DNA of 64,000 nucleotides from an uncultured Clostridia bacterium (GTDB lineage Bacteria; Bacillota; Clostridia; Christensenellales; CAG-314): NCBI GenBank assembly GCA_947586855.1, contig CANPXV010000002.1, positions 57,353 to 121,352 of the forward strand, read 5' to 3'. Shown piece by piece: positions 56,542 to 64,000 of this stretch (position 1 is its first letter; each line of letters starts with the position of its first letter). The notes under the pieces were generated by a model. It saw only the letters and a program-made list of their open reading frames with translations, ran no database searches and was not told where the DNA came from. The position numbers and the translations under genes were made by a program.

Positions 56542-57672
56542 TCAGCCGAGAGCCGTGACTGTTGCCACAACAGTGTTGAGCAGAACGTCCAGAGTGAGCG
56601 TTACCGTGCAGGCAGCGTTGCACTTGATGTTGGTGCTGTTGTCGCTTTCTTTTACAAACAGGTCGTCGGGCAATTCGAGCTTAGCCTCGCCCTTGCTGTC
56701 CAACTCGGAAGCATAAGTGAAACCGCCGATGTTGATTTCCGATCCCCAACCCTTTTCGTTTGTTTTGAACTTGAATGTATCACCAACAGCAAATTTGTAA
56801 GTGAGGGTGAGCACATATTTATTAGTGGTGGTTGTGAAGAGAACTTTCGCATCGGTGGAAGTTTCAGCCCAACTGTCAATTGTGCCAACGATCTTCCATT
56901 GAGGAATCTCTGTGGGCAGTTGTACTTCGAGAGTGTTGACCACAACACGGAATTTGAGCGTGCTGTAATCGTAGGTAACAGTGAGGTTGATTGCCTTTAC
57001 AACGCTTCCGACGACCACATTGGTCTTGGACTCGGCATTGCCTTGCAAAATGTAGTTTCCGCCAAGGCTGTTGTCCGTCAATACCTTTTGTGCGGCTGCC
57101 GAGTAGGTGATGCTTTCCACACCCTCATATCCCAGGTTGCAGACGTTGTCATTCCAGGCATTGGACTTTTCTTTAACTTTGAATTGGTCGCCGGCCTTCA
57201 TACTAATGGTGGCAGAGTACAGCCATTTTTCGTTTTGGTCCTGAACAAGCTTCCAATCGTCGGGTTCTTCACCCGGGGTCCACTTCTCCACACCATTGAT
57301 TACGCCGATAAGCGTGTAGCCTTGGGGCAAACCTTGGCTGACGTGCCATTTGGCATAGTACTCGGCGTCCTCGGTGTAGGATTTGTTGTAGTCGATGGGG
57401 CCATCGTAGGTGTAGACGCCATCCTTTTGCCCTACCGTGCTGAACCAACCTTCCAGAAATTGATCGCCGTTTTTGACGTTGTTGTCTTTGACGGCCTTGT
57501 TGACCATTTCCTCGGTGATCTTGCCGTCCACCGTTTCAAGCGTAAAGTAGGCCCTGCCGCTGTTGTTGCGGAATGTGATTGTGGGGACAGCCTTTTGGCA
57601 TGCCGCAAGCACAAGCACTGCCGAAACTACCAGCAAGACGCTGAGCACAATTGCAATTAGTTTCTTTTTCAT
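56542..57672 (-). CDS. lipoprotein with two SusE/SusF-like putative starch-binding modules
   Basis: lipobox LAAC; two modules of the form (L/I)xG..W....(A/V)GD.FK. Confidence 0.55.
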   Translation of the reverse strand: MKKKLIAIVLSVLLVVSAVLVLAACQKAVPTITFRNNSGRAYFTLETVDGKITEEMVNKAVKDNNVKNGDQFLEGWFSTVGQKDGVYTYDGPIDYNKSYTEDAEYYAKWHVSQGLPQGYTLIGVINGVEKWTPGEEPDDWKLVQDQNEKWLYSATISMKAGDQFKVKEKSNAWNDNVCNLGYEGVESITYSAAAQKVLTDNSLGGNYILQGNAESKTNVVVGSVVKAINLTVTYDYSTLKFRVVVNTLEVQLPTEIPQWKIVGTIDSWAETSTDAKVLFTTTTNKYVLTLTYKFAVGDTFKFKTNEKGWGSEINIGGFTYASELDSKGEAKLELPDDLFVKESDNSTNIKCNAACTVTLTLDVLLNTVVATVTALG

Positions 57673-57921
57673 ATTTTTCTCCTCTAAAATTTTTATTTCG
57701 TCGCAACGCCGCTTGCGCTTTGCTGCGAAAAAACCGCTTTTGCCGCCCCGATGTGGGCGTTTGGTTGATGTTGGCCGCAAATGGCCGCCGCTATTGGCCC
57801 CGATGCGGACGCCTGCGTTGACGTTGATTGCTTTGTGCGCCGCCGTCCGTTTTGTGCATTTGCCGCAACGCGGGGCGTGTGACATTTTTGTCCATATGCA
57901 GGCCGATTTTGACCATATCAA

Positions 57922-57950
57922 ATTTTACACCACAACACGCTATGTTTCAA
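57922..57950 (-). promoter_or_regulatory. putative promoter of the starch locus
   Basis: TTGAAA-17 nt-TAAAAT, ~240 nt upstream of the first gene. Confidence 0.45.
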
Positions 57951-58163
57951 TACCAAATGGAAAAAATGAAAATAATTATCGCTCGTTCATTTTTGTTCCG
58001 CCCGATTTTGCCCCGCACAAGCCCCTCCGACCGCACAAGCCCATCCGACCGCACACGACAAAACGCCCGCCGGCCCGACCGCACACCACCGCACCGACGA
58101 GCGCAAGGCACGCAACGGAACACCCCGCCGCACGGCCCGACCTCGCACCGCAAACTTGCACCC

Positions 58164-58560
58164 AACGTCGTCAACTTGCACACGGGCACACCACCGCACC
58201 GGCACACCACCGCTGCCATACCTCACCACCGCACCATATAAAAATGATATGGAAAATATCTATATATAAAGATAAAGAAAAGGAGAAAAAGAGGAGAAAA
58301 GAGAGAAAAGGGAGAGGGGGTGAGGGGAGAGTGAGGAAGGGAAGAACGTCAGCTCACGCCCCACATCGTCAAATTGCACACGGGCACCCCACTGCGCCGG
58401 CACCCTACACACCCGCACCCGATTTGGCCCCGCTCCACCCACACCATATAAAAATGATATTGAAAATATCTATATATAAAGATAAAGAAAGGGAGAAAAA
58501 GAAGAGAAAAGAGAGAAAAGGAGAGAGGAGAGGAAGGGGGGGGGGAAGGGGATAATTTTA
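58164..58560 (+). repeat. two ~200-bp tandem repeats with AT core and polypurine/G tracts
   Basis: 46-bp core at 58232 and 58442 differs at one base; TCGTCAA.TTGCACACGGGCAC at 58168 and 58366. Confidence 0.85.
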
Positions 58561-58606
58561 GAAAGGAGCGAGAGGAAGTGAGGGGGCGGGGAAAAGGGGC
58601 AAAGGA

Positions 58607-58636
58607 AAAGCCAACCTTCGGGGGAAGGTTGGCTTG
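58607..58636 (-). terminator. terminator of the giant lipoprotein gene
   Basis: AAGCCAACCTTC/GAAGGTTGGCTT stem followed by a U-rich run on the - strand. Confidence 0.75.
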
Positions 58637-58689
58637 GGTCGGCAAGAGGTTGCCGAGCTTAGAAAACTTTTGTTACTACCCTGTTGGGT

Positions 58690-61600
58690 CTATTCGGCGG
58701 GAGCAGCTTTGCCACGAACGTACTCGATTGTGACATCTTCTTCGGGCATGTAGAGCCAATGATTCATTAATTCATCATCAGTCATCAACTCTTCCACAGT
58801 GTATTCAGTACCATTGATCTTGTATGACGCAACGAAACCGTCATCCTCGTTATTGGGGTCGGTATCCATGCCATAGCTGGCCGAAATGTCTGTTCCGGCG
58901 GCATACCACATTTCCGTGGTCGCATCGGGATCTTCTACATCGTAGTTTTTGATTGTCAATTTGTAGATCACTCCACCAAATGCGTAGACGTCAGCATCTT
59001 TGGTAACGTTGACTGTCAGCTGTCTGCCGAAGGAATCAACAACAAATACCGACCATCCCTCATCCACAAATTCTTTATCCAAGGTTATTGTAAGTACGCC
59101 ATCTGCAATTGCATATGTGCCGGTAACACTTACCTTTACTTCACGATAACCACGGCTGAAAGAAATAACCGAAAAACTGACGTTTCCATCGGAATCAAAT
59201 ATTGCTTTGCCTTCACTCGGGTCGGAGTAAGGGATTGCACCATTGAATTTATCCGTAATTATAAACGGCTTTTCTTCGACGACTGCGATGTACAATTTAT
59301 TTTTGTTTACCGTCAGCTTTTCTCCCGGTTTGTGGACAGTGCATTCGTCAATATCATCCGCAACACCATACTCCTCGTAGTCAACCCACCCCGTGACATT
59401 GTAGTCGCTCAGGTTCAGATCATCGCTGGACGGGAACGTAATTTCTATGTCTCCGTCGCCATCCTCGTCAAAATCTGTCTTGACATAGCTTTCCATTTCT
59501 CCTACATAGTACTGAACGCCCATCACATATTTGGCAACAAGCGTCACGGGTGCCGTGATCGGAGTGGAGAGGTCAAAGTCTTCGCCGTCCTTGGTCCAAC
59601 CATAGAACGGATTGCCGTTTTCGTCAGTTGAAATGGGCTCTCCATCGTAGACAAATTTTTTGCCATAGGGGACCATCTGCGTGTAGGGTTCGTCATCGTC
59701 GTCGCTGAGTTTGCAAGTAACCGCAATCTGAGGATCGCCAAACACAAACGAGTTTTCTTCAACAATCAGAAGGCCGTCTTGCACCTTAGCCACGTAACTC
59801 AATGTCGAATAATCCAGATCTATGCTTAGTGTAAATGTGGATACATCGGAGCCGATAGTGACGGTGAGCAAATATTTGTAGTCGCTTACTTTCAGAGAAT
59901 ACGTTCCGGACTTTTTGTTGTTATCAAAGGACGCTTCAACCTTGCCCCAACCGTCAAAAGTAACCGTAACTTTCTTGTCGTTGTCTTGGGCAGACGCTTG
60001 CATTATGTCTTTGATATCGAACGTAGAGCCGCTGACCTTGACTTCGAGAACGTCGCCACTATAACCATATTCTATGGAGTAGATTTGCGTTGACTCGTTA
60101 TAGACGCTGCTCGTTTGCTTAACTGTCAGCGAGCCGTTAATCTTCACCTGGACATAGCCGTCGTCGCGAATGGTGAAGTCGCTGACCACTATTTCGGCCA
60201 TGGCCGCAGCACCCGAAACATGTTCGGCCGCAGTGTACGTGGTGCCAAACACCGCAACAAGCGTTGTGTCGTCCGGTCTGCCGTAGAGCTTGTCGCCCAA
60301 AATGTTTGAATTGCCTTTTATCTTCCAACCAAGGAATGTGTGACCATTGTTGCTGGTTGCAGTGTATTTGGTCAAATCAACATCGGTACCTTCCGTTACC
60401 TTTACGGACGGAGTTTCGGTTGTGCCGCCTTCTACCTCGAAGGTGATGGTGATTATCTTCTTCCAGATTGCAAAGAGCGTCAGGTTGTCCTTGATTTGAG
60501 TCTTTTCAAAGTCGAAATAGACCGTGGAAGTCTTGGACACACCCCATCCCTGGAACTCGTAGCCCTCACGGGTAGGAGTCTCTGTGGGCTTGGCTATCGT
60601 TTCACCATAGGACTTTGTGACGGACTGGGGCATATTGCTCACTTCGTCCTGTCCTGCGTTAGAATCGAATGTTACGGTGACGTTTTCGATATATTCCCAC
60701 TTGGCGGTAAGGGTGAGGTCCCCTGAAATGGTAGTTTCAAAGTCAAATGTCTGTTCGGAATCGGCAGCATACCAACCCAAGAAACGATAATGTTCTCTGG
60801 CGGGTTTGGTAGGCTCGCTGGCGGTTGCGCCCGCAAGAAGGTATTGATCGGCAGGGCCTTGTTCACTCACGCCATCGCCCATATTGAAGTGTACAACAAC
60901 GGACTTTGTGCGGTAGAGTTTAACCGTAAACTCTGTCCCGTAGAAGTAGTAGGACGGCACTCCGTGAAGGGTGGCTATATCCTCTTGCGTAAAGGTGAGA
61001 GTATATGTCCATGTGGAGGAGTAACGCCAAGTTACTGTTACTTGATTATCTGCAACAGAAGTATCTGCTTCTTCGTAATTTGCATAGAAGCCATAGCCCT
61101 CTTCTTTGAACTCTACGCCCTCAGCAGTAAAGGCTAAACCTTCTCCTGCTGAACCAGACAAGTATTCAAATGTTTCGTCGGCAAGCCAAATGCCGTAGAA
61201 ATCGGCAACTGTGGGTGTGCGGTCAAGCTTCCAAACGGGTCTGATTATTACATCGTGAGCGGGCATTGTGTAGGTTGAGCTTGCGGGATAGGTCTGCGTT
61301 CCGTCGGACCAACCGGCAAACTTCCACTCGCCGCTGTCTGCAAGCGTTCCGGGGAGTGCAAAGGTGGAATCCGTGGCGTGCTTGCCGCCCTCGGGAACCT
61401 CGGTGCCTTCCGGAGCACGATATCCAAGTTTGTAGGTAACGTTATATTCAATTGCCGTCCAAGTGGCGGTGAAGGTCACGTCGCCTGTGAGAGCATGCTC
61501 TTCGCTCGGATTGAGAGTTTGACCGGGGTGGCAGCTGCACTTCCAAGTGACATCGTAGCCTTCGCGATAGATGTAGTTATCCGAATTTTCAGAGTAGGGA

Positions 61601-63738
61601 AGGTTGTTTTTGGGAACCACAAACTTGGCAGCATCGGACGGACGGATAGCACCCACAAAGTCCTCGTAGAAGCTGAGCTGCGAGTGATATTGTTTTATCT
61701 CACTTTCATCTACGCCGACAACAAACGTGACAATGTAACCTTTCTCCCACACAGGGGTGATAGTAGTCTCTTTTACAACGGTTATTACACCATCGTTGCC
61801 ATAAGTTTGGTCGCCATCGCTCCAACCATTGAAGAAATAGTATTTTTCGGGCGTGAACGTATTGGAGAAGCCCGCAAGGTCCCAATAGGACAAATCGACT
61901 TCGTTGCCTTCGTTAGCATAGATGACCTTGTCCTCTCCTTCGTCGCTGTTATTTTTGAATGTCAGCTTGATAAGGTCAGCTTGGCAGGTAAATGTGTAAG
62001 TCTTGTAGGTAAATGTTATCGAAAGAGTGTTGCCTGCTAATTTTCCCGTGCCGGAGAACTTGTCCATACCAGACGTCAGAGAAATGCTGCCGTTTGCGTC
62101 CATCGTGAATGTGATTGTATCATAATCATCGAGATCCGTATCCGAGCTGGTAAGGGTAAGCTCTCCCGACCAAGAACTGCTCTTCTTCTCGGCGGTCAAT
62201 TTGACAGATACAGGAACCTCGCTGCCGGACTTGGTAACTTTTTGCTCCCAAGACAGGTCAAAGTTGAAGGCCTCTGTTGTGAAAGGAGGATGAACCAACG
62301 TGATTGCAAGTTCGGCATCGGCTTCGGGCATTTCGGTGTAGCCCTCTTGCTTTTCCACTTTGTCAAGTTCTCCTGCCAGGTCGAGAGGCTTGCTGTCAAG
62401 CACAAGGCTGCTGAGGTTGCCACCTTTGGAGAGGTACGCTGCAATTGCATAGATGGGTGCGCCTGCATTGACATACAGCTCTTGGGGTTCTTCGTCAACG
62501 GTGACGCTGAGTTTGAACATGAAAGCCATCAACTCGACAGTTGGACCCTTTGTGGGATCGCTAACATCTTCCTCACCCTCGGGGTCTTCGGCACCGGCGG
62601 AAGGTGCGTCTTCCTCGGGGAGACCTTGCACGCCAAAAGTAAGAACGTTGCCCTCTTCGATTGCGGCAAAGCCAACTTCGACAGGTTCGTCTTCTACAAG
62701 CACATACACCAAGATGATGCCACCCTCGTTGGTGTAGAGGTATGCGCCAACCAAAGGCATGTTCTCTTGGCTGCCACCAATCATCAAATTGTAGTAGCCG
62801 CTGTGGGTGGTGTCTTCGGTTTCGGTAAAGGTGAAGGAGTAGCCGCTTTCCATATCGACGATAACGCCATGGAATGCGCCCTCGGCAAAGGGAGGAATCT
62901 CGTCCTCTTCCCACGTGGCGTAGGCAACAATGGATGTTACGTCGCCCTCGAAGGTGTAGGTGTCGCCAACCCCGTAGGTTTTGTCGGTCGAGTCACCTTC
63001 CAGCTTCCAACCGACAAAGGAGTAGCCCTCGTAGGAGAAACCGTACTTGTCGGTGGGGTCTACAAATGTGTAGGTGTTGCCATCGGTGATGGTGATGTTT
63101 TGGTCCTCACCCTCGGCCTCGTCGGCGGCAGAGCCCGCTTTGAGCGTTACCGTGTAGGTGACGGCGGGAGAGGTCTCTTTCCATTGCGCTGTGAGGGTTG
63201 TGGCCTGTGCGGGCATGGTGTATTTGGCACCGGCGGCAAGTTTGCTGTCTCCCCAGCCGTCAAACTGCCAACCCGTATCGGCCTTGGGGGCGTCGGGCAG
63301 GGTTACCTCGGCACCGGCCTCGTAGGATTTGGCCTCGGGGGCGGTTGCGTCGGACGCTGCGTGGTCGCCCAGAGCAAATGTCAGAGTGTAGGTTGTGGGC
63401 GTGGGACCGGGCTTCTGCTTCCATTGCGCCGTGAGAGTTGTGTTCTCTGCGGGCATGGTAAACGAGGCGCCTGCGGCAAGCTTGCTGCTGCCCCAACCGT
63501 CAAACTCCCAACCGTCGGCTGCTTTGGGAGCGTTGGGCAGGTTGACAACTTCGTCGGCCTTGCGCTCGATTGCGTCGGGGGCTTTTGCATCGGCCGCTGC
63601 GTGATCACCCAAAGCAAAAGTCAGGGTGTAGGTTGCGGGCTGTTCTTCGTCCGGCTTGCAGGCGACAAGCACAAAGCTTGCCACTAACACAAGGGCGAGA
63701 ACAACGCACAACAACCATCGTGCGGTTTTGTTTTTCAT
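58690..63738 (-). CDS. giant surface lipoprotein with multiple InlB B-repeat (Listeria-Bacteroides repeat) domains
   Basis: lipobox LVAC; repeated YT(L/V)TF..G(W/Y).F.GW..TLTA.W units; ~1680 aa. Confidence 0.85.
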   Translation of the reverse strand: MKNKTARWLLCVVLALVLVASFVLVACKPDEEQPATYTLTFALGDHAAADAKAPDAIERKADEVVNLPNAPKAADGWEFDGWGSSKLAAGASFTMPAENTTLTAQWKQKPGPTPTTYTLTFALGDHAASDATAPEAKSYEAGAEVTLPDAPKADTGWQFDGWGDSKLAAGAKYTMPAQATTLTAQWKETSPAVTYTVTLKAGSAADEAEGEDQNITITDGNTYTFVDPTDKYGFSYEGYSFVGWKLEGDSTDKTYGVGDTYTFEGDVTSIVAYATWEEDEIPPFAEGAFHGVIVDMESGYSFTFTETEDTTHSGYYNLMIGGSQENMPLVGAYLYTNEGGIILVYVLVEDEPVEVGFAAIEEGNVLTFGVQGLPEEDAPSAGAEDPEGEEDVSDPTKGPTVELMAFMFKLSVTVDEEPQELYVNAGAPIYAIAAYLSKGGNLSSLVLDSKPLDLAGELDKVEKQEGYTEMPEADAELAITLVHPPFTTEAFNFDLSWEQKVTKSGSEVPVSVKLTAEKKSSSWSGELTLTSSDTDLDDYDTITFTMDANGSISLTSGMDKFSGTGKLAGNTLSITFTYKTYTFTCQADLIKLTFKNNSDEGEDKVIYANEGNEVDLSYWDLAGFSNTFTPEKYYFFNGWSDGDQTYGNDGVITVVKETTITPVWEKGYIVTFVVGVDESEIKQYHSQLSFYEDFVGAIRPSDAAKFVVPKNNLPYSENSDNYIYREGYDVTWKCSCHPGQTLNPSEEHALTGDVTFTATWTAIEYNVTYKLGYRAPEGTEVPEGGKHATDSTFALPGTLADSGEWKFAGWSDGTQTYPASSTYTMPAHDVIIRPVWKLDRTPTVADFYGIWLADETFEYLSGSAGEGLAFTAEGVEFKEEGYGFYANYEEADTSVADNQVTVTWRYSSTWTYTLTFTQEDIATLHGVPSYYFYGTEFTVKLYRTKSVVVHFNMGDGVSEQGPADQYLLAGATASEPTKPAREHYRFLGWYAADSEQTFDFETTISGDLTLTAKWEYIENVTVTFDSNAGQDEVSNMPQSVTKSYGETIAKPTETPTREGYEFQGWGVSKTSTVYFDFEKTQIKDNLTLFAIWKKIITITFEVEGGTTETPSVKVTEGTDVDLTKYTATSNNGHTFLGWKIKGNSNILGDKLYGRPDDTTLVAVFGTTYTAAEHVSGAAAMAEIVVSDFTIRDDGYVQVKINGSLTVKQTSSVYNESTQIYSIEYGYSGDVLEVKVSGSTFDIKDIMQASAQDNDKKVTVTFDGWGKVEASFDNNKKSGTYSLKVSDYKYLLTVTIGSDVSTFTLSIDLDYSTLSYVAKVQDGLLIVEENSFVFGDPQIAVTCKLSDDDDEPYTQMVPYGKKFVYDGEPISTDENGNPFYGWTKDGEDFDLSTPITAPVTLVAKYVMGVQYYVGEMESYVKTDFDEDGDGDIEITFPSSDDLNLSDYNVTGWVDYEEYGVADDIDECTVHKPGEKLTVNKNKLYIAVVEEKPFIITDKFNGAIPYSDPSEGKAIFDSDGNVSFSVISFSRGYREVKVSVTGTYAIADGVLTITLDKEFVDEGWSVFVVDSFGRQLTVNVTKDADVYAFGGVIYKLTIKNYDVEDPDATTEMWYAAGTDISASYGMDTDPNNEDDGFVASYKINGTEYTVEELMTDDELMNHWLYMPEEDVTIEYVRGKAAPAE

Positions 63739-63852
63739 AGTGTTTTCCTCCATAATTTTTTTGTTTATAACTTCGAATACCCCCCCCCGTTGGCCGTGCG
63801 GCCTTGTATGAGGGGTTTCGCCGATATACTTTGTGCGCCGATTGGCGGGGCC

Positions 63853-64000
63853 CTACTGCTTGACCCAACTGTATGTAAAGGTGCTGCCGCTGAGCGTTAT
63901 CGTGATGACGTAGGTGCCCGCTGTGTGGCGGAACGTGAACGAATAGACGTTGTCGCTTTGCTTGACGAGGTACCAAGTGTAGGCCGAGGAGACCTCGAAA
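63853..64000 (-). CDS. 3' end of a CDS beginning outside the window
   Basis: open frame FEVSSAYTWYLVKQSDNVYSF..YSWVKQ ending at TAG 63853. Confidence 0.6.
   Translation of the reverse strand, partial: FEVSSAYTWYLVKQSDNVYSFTFRHTAGTYVITITLSGSTFTYSWVKQ

Noticed and set aside
58232-58490. Possible oriC/DUE
   Set aside because: No DnaA boxes (TTATCCACA-like) seen and no dnaA context
57563-58555. 330-aa + strand ORF with KDKEKEKKRR repeats
   Set aside because: It is the translation of low-complexity repeats and partly antisense to a real gene; no credible start or domain
58013-58560. Possible CRISPR array
   Set aside because: No constant-length repeats with unique spacers; no cas genes in the window

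Overview
Chromosomal window from a spore-forming, fairly GC-rich Clostridia-like firmicute (spoIIE, spmAB, sigmaA-type promoters, lipoprotein signal peptides). 1-17.8 kb is housekeeping: DnaC-like ATPase, MgtC, PPTase, GlmU-like acetyltransferase, spoIIE, spmAB, metG-tatD-radical SAM-queH, ferredoxin, M32 carboxypeptidase, P-type ATPase, tsaD, asnS. 18-42.4 kb is an accessory hotspot anchored on tRNA-Ser(GGA) and tRNA-Val(TAC). It holds (i) an apparently intact 8.6-kb integrated rolling-circle element with HUH Rep, nick-site hairpin, Zot/pI-like ATPase, three membrane proteins, repressor and integrase (inovirus-like, but no small coat-protein ORF is visible); (ii) two tandem cassettes that each start with the tRNA 3' octamer CTCCGCCA plus a shared end containing a long palindrome that is flipped between the copies, carrying a broken Mrr, surface proteins and a short tyrosine recombinase; (iii) a 6.2-kb low-GC island with a YobI/KAP-like NTPase and an AAA_14/DUF4143 ATPase. 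43-57.7 kb is a lipoprotein-based starch/pullulan utilisation locus. A 1-kb intergenic region with tandem purine/G-tract repeats and a giant B-repeat lipoprotein follow. A candidate ~110-nt sRNA with two anti-SD motifs lies at ~10.5 kb. No CRISPR array or rRNA was seen. All family assignments are from motif recognition by eye, not from database searches.
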